62,202 bases of DNA, taken from Candidatus Bipolaricaulota bacterium. Lineage in GTDB: Bacteria > Bipolaricaulota > Bipolaricaulia > M55B111. A model generated the notes under the pieces. It did no database searches, was not told the DNA's origin, and worked only from the letters and a program-made list of their open reading frames with translations. This document shows positions 38,090 to 47,930 of the stretch, piece by piece. Position 1 is the first letter of the stretch. Each line of letters opens with the position of its first letter. The stretch covers positions 1 to 62,202 of the forward strand of contig JAGXKX010000003.1 of the NCBI GenBank assembly GCA_018335015.1. The letters are read 5' to 3'. The translations under genes and the position numbers were made by a program.

Positions 38090-39070
38090 TTATGCCCCCT
38101 TACTCCCGCAAAGAATCCTTTCTGTACCCTGGGAATCCTCGATTAACCTTACGTCCGAGAGACTCTGAGCTGTGGCATAGTTTTTGACTTCTTCACCCTG
38201 GTCGTGCCCGATTTCCAGAAAAACTGTACCACTATCTGATAGGTGACTTTCTACCTGGTCGAGAATATTTTTGATTTCTCGGGTCCCCTCTTCTCCGCCG
38301 TCCAGTGCTTCCGGAGGTTCGTGATCCTTGATTTCTTCTTTCAGTTCCTTGAGCTTCGAACTTGGCACGTAGGGAGGGTTGGAGACGATGACATCGTAGT
38401 TCCCGGAGACTTTGGAAAACCAGTCGGAGCCGCGAAACTCTATCTCGTCTTCAAGGTCGTTACGTCGGGCGTTTTCTCTTGCTAATTCCAGAGCTTCGGG
38501 GCTTTTGTCAACTGCTGTGATGTTGGGTTCGACGAGAAAGCGAGCCAGCGCGATGGCTATTGCACCGGAACCCGTACCCAGATCGAGTACCTTAACACCT
38601 TCGTAATCTCTGAACCCGTCGAGAATTTCCTCCGTCATCTCTTCGGTTTCGGGTCGAGGTATCAAAGCACGTTCATCCACCTTTAAGGATAGGCCCATGA
38701 ACGAGACCTGACCGGTGATATACTGTAGGGGCTGACCGGATTTTCTTTTCTTCACGAGGGGTCTAAAATTGTTCAACTCGTTCTCGTCAAGAGGACGATC
38801 GGGATCCATGTATAATTGAATCCGATCGACGTCCAGCGTGTAGGCCAGAAGTTGCTCGGCCTCCAGTCGGGATCTTTCGACCCCTGCCCCCTTAAAATAG
38901 TCCCTGGTCCAGTCTAAAATTTCTTTAACTGTCCAAGTTTTTGACAGAATATATCCCTCGTCTTCGTAAGTTTTATAAGCGGTTTCCGAAGCGAATTTAA
39001 GGATATCATAACATTGCAAAAAGGTCAAGTCGACCCTAAACTTTGCTACTGCTTTTATCAAGCTTTGCAA
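38090..39070 (-). CDS. prmC: release-factor glutamine N5-methyltransferase PrmC/HemK
   Basis: LDLGTGSGAIA SAM motif and NPPYV. TTG start at 39070; the true start may be ~25-40 codons downstream, because the homologous region begins near WTVKEILDW. Confidence 0.88.
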   Translation of the reverse strand: MQSLIKAVAKFRVDLTFLQCYDILKFASETAYKTYEDEGYILSKTWTVKEILDWTRDYFKGAGVERSRLEAEQLLAYTLDVDRIQLYMDPDRPLDENELNNFRPLVKKRKSGQPLQYITGQVSFMGLSLKVDERALIPRPETEEMTEEILDGFRDYEGVKVLDLGTGSGAIAIALARFLVEPNITAVDKSPEALELARENARRNDLEDEIEFRGSDWFSKVSGNYDVIVSNPPYVPSSKLKELKEEIKDHEPPEALDGGEEGTREIKNILDQVESHLSDSGTVFLEIGHDQGEEVKNYATAQSLSDVRLIEDSQGTERILCGSKGA

Positions 39071-39165
39071 GATTGAAAAAGCTTTCTTTTTGGCTGTTAA
39101 TATTTAGGTGTGATTAAACGTACTTTCCGACCTGGTGGTCGGCTTTGTGAGGTGGAGATTTGAGG

Positions 39166-39663
39166 ATGAAAAGAATTTTGCTACTGGGTTTACTTATCGG
39201 TGGGTTGGTTTTTTCGCTGGCTGGATGTTCTATGTTCAACCAGGGTCCCGACATTCAGAAATGGCAACCGTCCGTTTCTCCTGGCTCGGATCAGGTAGTA
39301 TTCTCCAGTAAAGAGGGTGGTAACTTTGAGTTGTTCCTGATGGACCCTGATTCGGGCGAGAAGACCCGGATTACGAACAACGATCACGACGACTGGGGTC
39401 CTGACTGGGGACCGGAGGGAGAGAGACTGGTTTTTGTCTCCAAGCGGGATGATAACACGGATATTTACCTGGTTGGCGTGGATGGTGGAGACGAGACCAG
39501 ATTGACAACGAACGAATCTCAGGACGTGAACCCAAGATGGGCTGGTGACTCGAAAATTATCTTTAACTCCGATAGAACCGGGTCCTGGGAGATATTTACC
39601 GTCGATCTATCCGGACAGGAACTCAACCAGTTGACCAGTTCTCCGACCGAGGAAGAAGGGTAA
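39166..39663 (+). CDS. TolB-like PD40 beta-propeller-repeat lipoprotein
   Basis: Lipobox LAGC after MKRILLLGLLIGGLVFS; PD40 repeats (SPGSDQVVFSS, DWGPEGERLVFVS, RWAGDSKIIFNSDR). Confidence 0.75.
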   Translation: MKRILLLGLLIGGLVFSLAGCSMFNQGPDIQKWQPSVSPGSDQVVFSSKEGGNFELFLMDPDSGEKTRITNNDHDDWGPDWGPEGERLVFVSKRDDNTDIYLVGVDGGDETRLTTNESQDVNPRWAGDSKIIFNSDRTGSWEIFTVDLSGQELNQLTSSPTEEEG

Positions 39664-39673
39664 ATTACGGAAG

Positions 39674-40372
39674 ATGTATCGGGAGCGGACCGTGGGGGCC
39701 GTAATACTGGCTGCCGGTAGAAGCAGCAGAATGGGTCAAGGTGTTAATAAGGTATACAGGGAAATCCTTGGCAAACCCGTCTTGACTCATTCCATTGATA
39801 CCTTCCTGGGTTCCGGAATAGTTGACGAGATGGTCCTCGTATTTAACGAGGAAGAGGAAGACCTCCTTGAGGAAAAGGTCCTGGGTGCGCTGGACCGAGA
39901 CCTCTCCGATATAATAGTTAGACGTATACCAGGGGGGAAGAAAAGGCAGGACTCTTCCAGGGCAGGAGTGAGGGCTTCAGAGACGGACTACGTCTGTATA
40001 CACGATGGAGCCAGACCGAACTTTAGTTCGGATTTAATCGTTAAACTGCTGGATGCGACGGTAGAACACGGCGCGGCTTTCCCCGGGGTTAAGCCAGTGG
40101 ATACTATTCGTGCCAATAATCAAGGTTACGCGGGAGCAACTATAGATAGGGATCGTCACGTAAAAGTGCAGACCCCCCAGTGTTTTAGGAAGGATTTACA
40201 CCTGAACGCAATCAACGAGGCAGTGGAAACTGGTCGTTATTTCACGGACGATGCGGGAATAGTTATGGAATTGGGCGGAGTAAGGCCAAGAGTGGTAGAA
40301 GGTGAGAGATCTAACGTGAAAATCACCACTGCCCTAGATACCAGGTTAATCGAGGTACTGATTAGTTCCTAG
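39674..40372 (+). CDS. ispD: 2-C-methyl-D-erythritol 4-phosphate cytidylyltransferase
   Basis: AVILAAGRSSRMG...NKVY and IHDGARP. Confidence 0.92.
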   Translation: MYRERTVGAVILAAGRSSRMGQGVNKVYREILGKPVLTHSIDTFLGSGIVDEMVLVFNEEEEDLLEEKVLGALDRDLSDIIVRRIPGGKKRQDSSRAGVRASETDYVCIHDGARPNFSSDLIVKLLDATVEHGAAFPGVKPVDTIRANNQGYAGATIDRDRHVKVQTPQCFRKDLHLNAINEAVETGRYFTDDAGIVMELGGVRPRVVEGERSNVKITTALDTRLIEVLISS

Positions 40373-40390
40373 AAGTGTTATTAGTTTCGT

Positions 40391-40419
40391 TTGCGAATAT
40401 AGAGTTTAAGTAATATGAT
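40391..40419 (+). promoter_or_regulatory. candidate sigma70-type promoter for secG
   Basis: TTGCGA (40391-40396)-17 nt-TATGAT (40414-40419). Confidence 0.45.
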
Positions 40420-40433
40420 AATTGGGAGGTAAG

Positions 40434-40658
40434 ATGTTAGCTATAATAATTAGGGCTGTTTTTTATCTAAGTTCACTCGGGCTTATAGGTATAGTTTTGA
40501 TTCAGATGAGCGAACACGCCGGGCTGGGTGGAGCATTTGGTGCTGGCGGTTCGAGTACGGTATTTGGTAGAGACGAGCAGACTGATCCTAAAAGGACTGC
40601 GACTTCCGTGTTGGCAGCCCTGTTTATGGTGGCCAGTTTACTCCTGTCTATCATTTGA
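40434..40658 (+). CDS. secG: preprotein translocase subunit SecG
   Basis: Two TMs flanking GLGGAFGAGGSSTVFG. ATG 40434 follows GGAGGT. Confidence 0.88.
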   Translation: MLAIIIRAVFYLSSLGLIGIVLIQMSEHAGLGGAFGAGGSSTVFGRDEQTDPKRTATSVLAALFMVASLLLSII

Positions 40659-40683
40659 GTGAATACCTTTTTCTGGGGGATTT

Positions 40684-41670
40684 ATGCCATTAATTGAACT
40701 CAATGACCTGAAGACCTATTTCTATACGGAGGATGGTGTAGTAAAGGCCGTAGACGGAGTCAGTTTTGACATAGATAAGCAGCAGACTCTCGGGGTCGTG
40801 GGGGAAAGCGGTTGCGGCAAGTCCGTTACTGCTCTTTCCATCATGGGTCTTGTGCCCATGCCGCCCGGAAGGATCGAAGGAGGGGAGATCCTCTATCATC
40901 GAAACGGCGAGAGCCTGGACCTGGCCAGTCTTGATCCCAAGGGTAAAAAGTACAGGTCGATCCGAGGTAACGAGATCGCCATGATATTCCAGGAGCCTAT
41001 GACCTCCCTGAATCCCGTCTTCACCATCGGTAACCAGATAATGGAGGCCATAACCCTGCACCAGGACGTAGGAAAAAAAGAGGCAAAGACCCTCGCGATC
41101 CAGATGCTTGAAGAGGTTGGCATACCTCTGCCCGCTCAGAGAGTGGACGAGTACCCCCACCAGTTATCCGGGGGAATGAGACAGCGGGCGATGATAGCCA
41201 TGGCGCTATCATGTAACCCCACCATGTTGATAGCCGACGAGCCCACCACCGCCCTGGACGTAACCATCCAGGCCCAGATTCTCGAACTGATGGGTGACCT
41301 CCAGGAGGAGTTTGATACGTCGATAATGTTTATTACCCACGACCTAGGGGTAATTGCGGAGATAACGAGCTACGTAGTAGTTATGTACCTCGGGAAGATA
41401 GTCGAGAGCGGCGAAGTTCGCGAGATATACCACAACCCGACGATGCCCTACACCCAGGGACTGATGGAATCCATTCCCTCTCTGGACGTCGACAAAGGAA
41501 GGCTGGAACCGATAAAGGGCGTGGTTCCCGATCCCTACGAGGTCCCCGAAGGCTGTCCGTTCAACAACAGGTGCCCTCACGTCATGGATATCTGCAAAGA
41601 AGAGGATCCCCCGCTTGAAGAAGTCGCAGAGGGTCATAAATCTTCTTGCTGGTTGCATATTGATCATTAA
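40684..41670 (+). CDS. oligopeptide/dipeptide ABC transporter ATPase (OppD/DppD type)
   Basis: GESGCGKS, LSGGMRQR, LIADEPTTALD, and a C-terminal oligopeptide-type Cys motif (CPF..RCP...C). Confidence 0.92.
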   Translation: MPLIELNDLKTYFYTEDGVVKAVDGVSFDIDKQQTLGVVGESGCGKSVTALSIMGLVPMPPGRIEGGEILYHRNGESLDLASLDPKGKKYRSIRGNEIAMIFQEPMTSLNPVFTIGNQIMEAITLHQDVGKKEAKTLAIQMLEEVGIPLPAQRVDEYPHQLSGGMRQRAMIAMALSCNPTMLIADEPTTALDVTIQAQILELMGDLQEEFDTSIMFITHDLGVIAEITSYVVVMYLGKIVESGEVREIYHNPTMPYTQGLMESIPSLDVDKGRLEPIKGVVPDPYEVPEGCPFNNRCPHVMDICKEEDPPLEEVAEGHKSSCWLHIDH

Positions 41671-41685
41671 TAGGGGTGAGCGTAA

Positions 41686-42735
41686 GTGGTAGAAATGGAT
41701 TCTGACAGGCTACTTGACGTCAGTGGAATGAAGAAGTACTTTCCCGTTCGGAAGGGTGTCTTCAGGAGAGTCGTAGGTCACGTTAAGGCCGTCGACAACG
41801 TGGACCTGTTCATCCGTGAAGGGGAAACTCTCGGACTGGTAGGGGAGAGCGGATGCGGCAAGACCACCGCCGGTCGAACCATCCTGAGGTTGATAGAGCC
41901 CACGGCGGGCCAGATGCTGTTTAGAAGCGAGGAGCTGGGCAACGGCGAACGAGAGGTAGTCGATATCGCCCAGGCCGGCAAAAAGGAGTTAAAGCGGCTT
42001 CGCCGGGACATGCAGATAATATTTCAGGATCCCTATTCCTCGCTGAACCCTCGAATGACGGTTGCGAGCATCGTCGGGGAGCCTCTGGTCGTCCACGGAA
42101 TCGGCTCCAAGAGCGAACGGAAGGACAGGGTAAAAGAGCTGCTCCGGGCGGTCGGATTAACGGAAAACCACATGAAGCGCTACCCCCACGAGTTCAGCGG
42201 CGGTCAGAGACAGCGGATAGGTGTGGCGAGAGCCCTGGCCCTGGACCCCCAGTTAATCATAGCCGACGAGCCCGTTTCAGCCCTTGACGTATCAATTCAG
42301 GCTCAGGTCCTCAACCAGCTGGACGACCTCCAGGACGAGTTCGGTCTGACCTATCTGTTCATAGCTCACGACCTCTCGGTAATCAAACACATCAGCGACA
42401 GGGTCGCCGTCATGTACCTGGGACAGATAGTCGAGTTGAGCTCGGTGGACAAACTATTCGCCGATCCCCAGCACCCTTACACGGAAGCACTAATGTCCGC
42501 GGTACCGGTAGCTAATCCTGACTTCGAAACCGAAAGGATAGTGCTCGAAGGAGACGTTCCGTCTCCGGTCGATCCGCCTTCCGGTTGCTATTTCCACCCC
42601 CGCTGTCCCTACAGCGAGCCGGATTGCAGCGAACAGGAACCGGAATTCAGGGAGATAGAGGACGATCACTACGTCCATTGCCACTACGCCGAAGAACTTG
42701 AGCTTGGTGGCTTGGCCTCCATGGAAAGTGAGTGA
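41686..42735 (+). CDS. oligopeptide/dipeptide ABC transporter ATPase (OppF/DppF type)
   Basis: [28 protein letters not shown], and C-terminal CYFHPRCP...C. Confidence 0.92.
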   Translation: MVEMDSDRLLDVSGMKKYFPVRKGVFRRVVGHVKAVDNVDLFIREGETLGLVGESGCGKTTAGRTILRLIEPTAGQMLFRSEELGNGEREVVDIAQAGKKELKRLRRDMQIIFQDPYSSLNPRMTVASIVGEPLVVHGIGSKSERKDRVKELLRAVGLTENHMKRYPHEFSGGQRQRIGVARALALDPQLIIADEPVSALDVSIQAQVLNQLDDLQDEFGLTYLFIAHDLSVIKHISDRVAVMYLGQIVELSSVDKLFADPQHPYTEALMSAVPVANPDFETERIVLEGDVPSPVDPPSGCYFHPRCPYSEPDCSEQEPEFREIEDDHYVHCHYAEELELGGLASMESE

Positions 42736-43339
42736 ATTCAAGCTGCTGTTAGGAACGAAAAACCCGGGGAAGGTCAAGGAAGCGAAAAGGATACTTTCCT
42801 CCATGGGTAAGGGTCTCGAAATTATTTCCTTCCACGATCGGGACTTCCCGGAAGTAGAAGAAACGGGGGAAACCTATCTGGAAAACTCCCTCAAAAAGGC
42901 CCGGGAGATAAGCAGAAACACCGGTTTACCAGTAATCAGCGATGACTCCGGGCTGGAAGTCGTCGCTTTAAATGGAGCTCCCGGACCTCGTTCAGCAAGG
43001 TTTGCCGGTCCTGACTCGTCCGACGAGGAAAACCTTAAACTGCTTCTGGATAAGCTGAAAGGCGTTAATAATAGGCAGGCCAGGTTCGTTACGATAGCGA
43101 CATTATACATATCTCCGAATGAAAGGTACGTATCCAGGGGAGTTTTGGAGGGCCGGATTATTCGTGAACCAAAAGGAAGCTCGGGGTTTGGTTACGACCC
43201 GGTGTTCGTCCCGGAAGGTTATGAGAGAACTCTCGCCGAACTTGGGGAGGAAGAAAAGAACAAAATCAGCCATCGAAAAAAGGCTCTGGAAAAAATGAAG
43301 AGTGAAATACTCGGGATCATCTGGGAGCGTAAACGATAG
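42728..43339 (+). CDS. rdgB: dITP/XTP pyrophosphatase RdgB/HAM1
   Basis: [26 protein letters not shown] and FGYDP.F. GTG 42728 chosen because the family starts just before the xxxGTxNxGK block. Confidence 0.88.
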   Translation: MSEFKLLLGTKNPGKVKEAKRILSSMGKGLEIISFHDRDFPEVEETGETYLENSLKKAREISRNTGLPVISDDSGLEVVALNGAPGPRSARFAGPDSSDEENLKLLLDKLKGVNNRQARFVTIATLYISPNERYVSRGVLEGRIIREPKGSSGFGYDPVFVPEGYERTLAELGEEEKNKISHRKKALEKMKSEILGIIWERKR

Positions 43340-43393
43340 ATTCACGTACTTAAATACTAACCGCCGGGCAAATTCTTTTATGGGTTGTTTACA

Positions 43394-43804
43394 ATGTCAT
43401 TAAGACTCATATTTCTCTTTACCGCACTTCCTCTCATCGAAATCTATTTGTTAATCAGAGTTGGCAACGCCATCGGCTACTTTCTAACTGCACTGCTGGT
43501 TGTCGGTACCGGTCTGGTAGGCGCGTTGCTGGCGAGAAGGGAAGGGATATCCGTCTTGAGAAGGATGAGAAAAAAATTCCGAGAAGGTCGGATGCCGGCG
43601 GAGGAACTCATTGACGGAGTGATACTCCTCCTCTCGGGCGCCTTTTTGCTGACTCCTGGAATAGTTACTGACGTCATAGGCCTTGCCGGTCTGATTCCTT
43701 TCTTCAGGAGAGGTGTTAGGGGGTACGGCAGACGGTGGTTTAGAAAAGAGTGGGACTCAAAGCGAAAATCCTACATCGACGTAGAAGACAGGGAAGGGGA
43801 TTAA
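43394..43804 (+). CDS. fxsA: FxsA-family membrane protein
   Basis: LPLIEIYLLIRVG..IG.....LV..TG.VGA.LAR.EG and GA.LLTPG..TD..G. Confidence 0.85.
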   Translation: MSLRLIFLFTALPLIEIYLLIRVGNAIGYFLTALLVVGTGLVGALLARREGISVLRRMRKKFREGRMPAEELIDGVILLLSGAFLLTPGIVTDVIGLAGLIPFFRRGVRGYGRRWFRKEWDSKRKSYIDVEDREGD

Positions 43805-43865
43805 TGTCAAGTTTAATTTCTCAATCATATCTAAACATTTGGCGGCCATTGGACCTGACTTAGTT

Positions 43866-44083
43866 AATTTAACTCAAATCTTTCACCGTCGCATTAAAGT
43901 GGAACTTAATTTACAAAGGTTAATTTTATTTTTTTACCAGGAGCTCTCTACCCCTTACCTGGCAACTGATTTAACCTTTAAAACTCACCAGTAGACCAAA
44001 TCCGGCAACCAGGTAAGGGGTAGAGAGCAGAAACTCGGACTTGTTAGATAAATCCGCCGTTGGTGAAAGTATTGAGTTTAATT
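43866..44083 (+). repeat. structured intergenic repeat, copy B (perfect 20-bp stem, 46-nt loop, ~26-nt terminal inverted repeats)
   Basis: Arms 43943-43962 and 44009-44028 are perfectly complementary. Loop 43964-44007 equals the reverse complement of the copy A loop (40/44). Outer inverted repeats 43866-43891 and 44058-44083 match 21/26. Confidence 0.8.
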
Positions 44084-45562
44084 TACATCTTCCCGTAGTT
44101 TAGGTCTTTTCGCCCTATCTTTATCCAGTTCTTGTTTGAGCCAATACAGGAGGATCAAGTAAGAAAGTAGGGATAGCGGTGTTGGGTTGGGTAGTTGCAC
44201 GCGAGCCAGCGGTAGTGCCGAAATTTTTCTTATCCCCCCTCGAAAAAGAAGGATGGACTTGCTTGTCAGAAGACCAAGCCAGGATAGTCCGGCTATACCC
44301 TGTCCGAAGATCGCCGTCACGATACCGAGGTAAAGTATCGCAGTTACCCCCGGTATGGCAAGGAGGTTGATAATAGGAGCCCAGGGGTGAATCTGGCCAA
44401 AATGAACGGCTAGAACGGGTGAAACTCCCAGCTGAGCGGAGATCGAAGCCCCGATTATTCCACTGAGGTAGTCAGGTTTAACTGGCAGGGCTTCCTGGAT
44501 CGGGCGAAAGAAGAGAGCCAAGGCGAAAGTAGCACCAAAACTTAACTGGAAACCAACTGTTGAAATGGATTCCGGGTTTATTATTACTAGAAAGAGTGCT
44601 GCCCCCGCAAGAGCCTGGTAGCGGTCGTACCAGTCGTCCAAAATTATTCCGGCTTTCTTAAACCATAGATGAGCTCCTCCGAACAAATAAATTACTGAAG
44701 CCCTGAGTAACGGGAGTTTAAATCCGACGATTATCAGGTACCCCCAGACCAAAGGCAAGCTGATCAAATAAGTCGTTTCCCGGCCGCAACCCAATTTGGA
44801 CGCCAGCCACCAGCTTGCTCCGAGGATAATGCCGAGATGTAGGCCGCTGGCTGCCAGGAGATGGGCCAGGCCCGTTTTCGTAAAGGATTTTTCAGTCGAG
44901 TCGTCCAGGGCGTCTCTTGTGCCAAAAAGTAAAGCCCGGAGAAAATTCCCCCGTTTTGGGAGCACTTCGTTAATTCTGACTGTAAGGAACTTCCTAATTG
45001 TCCAACCCAGTTCCAGAAAAGGATTAGCGAAACCCTTTTCCGCTTCTAGTACTTCACCCCGATAAACTACTCCCCAGATCTTCTTTTTGCGAAGGAATTC
45101 ACTGTAATCAAAATCGTTGAAGGTGGGCGGGACCTGGAACTCTCCTTTGACCGTTAAGTGATCTCCGTAATTCGGATCGTAGGAATTATCCTGGCTGAGG
45201 AAAATTTTAAGTCTCCCCCGGTATTCAGTGGGTTCCAGGATAAGTTCTGTCCCGGATTGAGTTTTCACTGGATAGGAAGAGACCTTTCCCCTGACCGTTT
45301 TGATTGAGGCTAGCTGGGTATACAGGTTTTCCGGTTCAAAGTAATTCGCGCCGTAAAGAGCTACTCCCAGGATAGTTACTCCAATAATTACTATCCCTGT
45401 CCTTATTCTTAGTTCAAAGATTTCGGCGATTAAAAGAGCCATCAGGCAAGTTAGGGTTCCGATAATTGGCCACAGAGGTGTAGTTTTTACTTCAAGGATG
45501 GAAGCTAAAATTATCCCAGCTGTGAGGCTCAAGAATATCAATACTAGAGGACGTCTTTCCAT
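44078..45562 (-). CDS. comEC: ComEC/Rec2-family competence channel protein (no C-terminal beta-lactamase domain)
   Basis: Polytopic protein with DUF4131-like N-terminus and the competence-domain block GLAHLLAASGLHLGI. Confidence 0.85.
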   Translation of the reverse strand: MERRPLVLIFLSLTAGIILASILEVKTTPLWPIIGTLTCLMALLIAEIFELRIRTGIVIIGVTILGVALYGANYFEPENLYTQLASIKTVRGKVSSYPVKTQSGTELILEPTEYRGRLKIFLSQDNSYDPNYGDHLTVKGEFQVPPTFNDFDYSEFLRKKKIWGVVYRGEVLEAEKGFANPFLELGWTIRKFLTVRINEVLPKRGNFLRALLFGTRDALDDSTEKSFTKTGLAHLLAASGLHLGIILGASWWLASKLGCGRETTYLISLPLVWGYLIIVGFKLPLLRASVIYLFGGAHLWFKKAGIILDDWYDRYQALAGAALFLVIINPESISTVGFQLSFGATFALALFFRPIQEALPVKPDYLSGIIGASISAQLGVSPVLAVHFGQIHPWAPIINLLAIPGVTAILYLGIVTAIFGQGIAGLSWLGLLTSKSILLFRGGIRKISALPLARVQLPNPTPLSLLSYLILLYWLKQELDKDRAKRPKLREDVN

Positions 45563-45693
45563 GGCGTAATTGACCTTTATTTAACTATTTTATATTTGTT
45601 AGTAGGTATTTCAATTATTCAGGGTAATTTCTGTGATTTACGTGCTTGTTTGGTTCAAGCTTCGTTAATAAGATTATTCGGAGGTTGATACGG

Positions 45694-46771
45694 TTGGAGA
45701 AAATTGATCAGCTTAGAGATCAGCTGGAAGAAATTGGTGATTACCTTTGACCTCGAGGAACTGGAAGAGGAACTGGCAGAGCTTCGGGAGGATATGAATG
45801 ATCCCGATTTCTGGGACGATCAGGAAAGGGCAAAAAGGAAGTCAAAACTGGCGACCAGAAAAGAAGAGAAAATTGAAACTTACAGGGAACTAACCGAGGA
45901 ACTGGAAGAAATCGAAGTCCTCTACGAGCTTGCATCCGAAGAAGGAAACGAGGAAGAATTGGAGGAGTTGGAAGGCAGGTTTTCCAGGCTTCGGGATCGT
46001 ATGGACTCCTTCCAGCTCGAGCTTTTTATGGACGGGGAGTTCGACGACAGGAATTGTTATCTGGGAATCAACGCGGGTGCCGGGGGGACTGACGCCCAGG
46101 ACTGGGCGGGCATGTTGCTCAGGATGTATACCCGGTGGCTGGAACGAAAGGACTTTTCCTATCAATCCCTGGAAGTAAGCGAAGGAGAAGAAGCCGGTAT
46201 CAAAAGTGCTACGCTCGAGGTCAAGGGTGAATGGGCTTACGGGTATCTAAAAGCGGAAGCTGGCGTCCACCGTCTGGTCAGGATATCACCGTTCGATTCC
46301 GCGGGCCGGAGGCATACGTCTTTTGCTTCGGTAAACGTGACGCCTCAGTTTGAGGACGATCTGGAGGTCCAGCTCGACGAAAACGACCTTCGGGTCGATA
46401 CTTTCCGGGCGAGCGGTGCCGGCGGTCAGCACGTAAACGTTACGGATTCAGCCGTGAGAATAACCCACGAACCCACGGGTTTAGTTGCTACCTGCCAGAA
46501 CGAGAGAAGCCAGCACAAAAACAGGGAAACAGCAATGAAAATGCTGAAGTCCAGGCTCTACCAGCTCAAAATGGAAAAGAGGGCCGAAAAGATCGAAGAA
46601 ATTCAGGGAGAGTTGAAAGATATCGAGTGGGGCAGTCAGATTCGCTCTTACGTTTTACACCCCTACCAGAAGATCAAGGACCACAGAACCGAGATAGAAG
46701 TCGGGGATACGGAATCGGTCCTGGATGGCGAGATAGATCCCTTTATCCAGGCATACCTTAAAAACAAATAA
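45694..46771 (+). CDS. prfB: peptide chain release factor 2, programmed +1 frameshift: join(45694..45747,45749..46771)
   Basis: Frame 0 (TTG 45694) reads MEKIDQLRDQLEEIGDYL then TGA. The +1 frame continues DLEELEE... with SPF (RISPFDS) and GGQ (SGAGGQHVN). Confidence 0.93.
45736..45751 (+). promoter_or_regulatory. RF2 autoregulatory +1 frameshift site
   Basis: GGTGAT (SD-like, 45736-45741) TAC CTT TGA C, i.e. the canonical CUU UGA C slippery/stop context with an internal SD 3 nt upstream. Confidence 0.9.
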
Positions 46772-46809
46772 CCTTGGAGTATAAGGGCAAACTAGCGATT
46801 TTCGCTATC

Positions 46810-46838
46810 TTGCAAATGGAGTGGACGTTAAATATAAT
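46810..46838 (+). promoter_or_regulatory. candidate sigma70-type promoter for the permease/SBP genes
   Basis: TTGCAA (46810-46815)-17 nt-TATAAT (46833-46838), ~70 nt upstream of the TTG start at 46911. Confidence 0.55.
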
Positions 46839-46910
46839 GACTTTCAACCAAATAATGAGATTTTTCCGATTTTTTATTTGACGTGAATAATCTCCCTAGG
46901 GTGGTCTAAC

Positions 46911-47930
46911 TTGGATAGTCTCTGGCAATATATTATCCAGCGGGTCGGTTCTACCATTCCCATGTTGCTGATCCTCATCACTGTTGTATTCCTGATTCTA
47001 AGGGTAATTCCAGGTGACCCGGCCAGGGCTATGCTCGGAGGTCGAAACGTATCCGAGGACTATATCCAGCGTGTTAGAGAGAAAATGGGCCTCAACAAAT
47101 CGATACCACGCCAGTTTATCGAATATCTTGGGGGACTGGCCCAGGGAGACTTTGGCACTTCCTTTAGAACGGACGAGCCCGTATTATACGAACTTATGCT
47201 GAGGGTGCCTGCTACTCTCGAATTAGCCTTCTATGGTATGACGATAGCGTTGATTCTGGGTGTATCCACCGGGGCCTGGGCGGCTGTTTACAGCGATAGC
47301 TTTATCGACCATGGGTTACGCGTCTTTCACATCGGCGCGTTCGCGGTCCCCCTGTTCTGGATGGGATTGATGTTTCAAATTATTTTTGCCGTTTTTCTCG
47401 GCTGGTTACCCGTGGGTAATCGTCTCGACGCTCTCTCGATGGCGACTTTTGATCCTATCACGAGGTTCTATACTCTGGACGCGTTGTTAAAAGGGGACTT
47501 CGAGCTATTCTTCGAAGCCTTAAGGCACATAATATTGCCAGCCCTGACGCTGGGCATAATTCAGGCCGGCCTTCTGGGCAGGATGACCCGGGCCAACATG
47601 CTCGAGATACTTGATAAGGATTACGTAAAAACGGCTAGATCCAAGGGGCTCCAGGAGAGACTGGTTATATACAAACATGCGTTGCGCAACGCTTTAATTC
47701 CGATACTCACGGTTTTCGGCCTTCAGTTCGCCATCCTGATCGGTGGGGCGGTGCTGACTGAGACTATTTATGCCTGGCCTGGAGTGGCCCGGTTTCTGAT
47801 TACCAGCGTAAATGCGAGGGACTTTCCGTCGATCCAGGGGGCAATAGTGATGATTGCCGTCTTCATCACCACGATCAACCTCCTGGTCGATATAATATAC
47901 GCTCAGGTCGACCCCAGGGTGAAGTACTGA
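46911..47930 (+). CDS. oligopeptide/dipeptide ABC transporter permease (OppB/DppB type)
   Basis: Six-TM BPD-transporter protein with EAA-type loop (DYVKTARSKGL.ER.V..KHALRNALIP). TTG start with AGGGTGG RBS. Confidence 0.9.
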   Translation: MDSLWQYIIQRVGSTIPMLLILITVVFLILRVIPGDPARAMLGGRNVSEDYIQRVREKMGLNKSIPRQFIEYLGGLAQGDFGTSFRTDEPVLYELMLRVPATLELAFYGMTIALILGVSTGAWAAVYSDSFIDHGLRVFHIGAFAVPLFWMGLMFQIIFAVFLGWLPVGNRLDALSMATFDPITRFYTLDALLKGDFELFFEALRHIILPALTLGIIQAGLLGRMTRANMLEILDKDYVKTARSKGLQERLVIYKHALRNALIPILTVFGLQFAILIGGAVLTETIYAWPGVARFLITSVNARDFPSIQGAIVMIAVFITTINLLVDIIYAQVDPRVKY

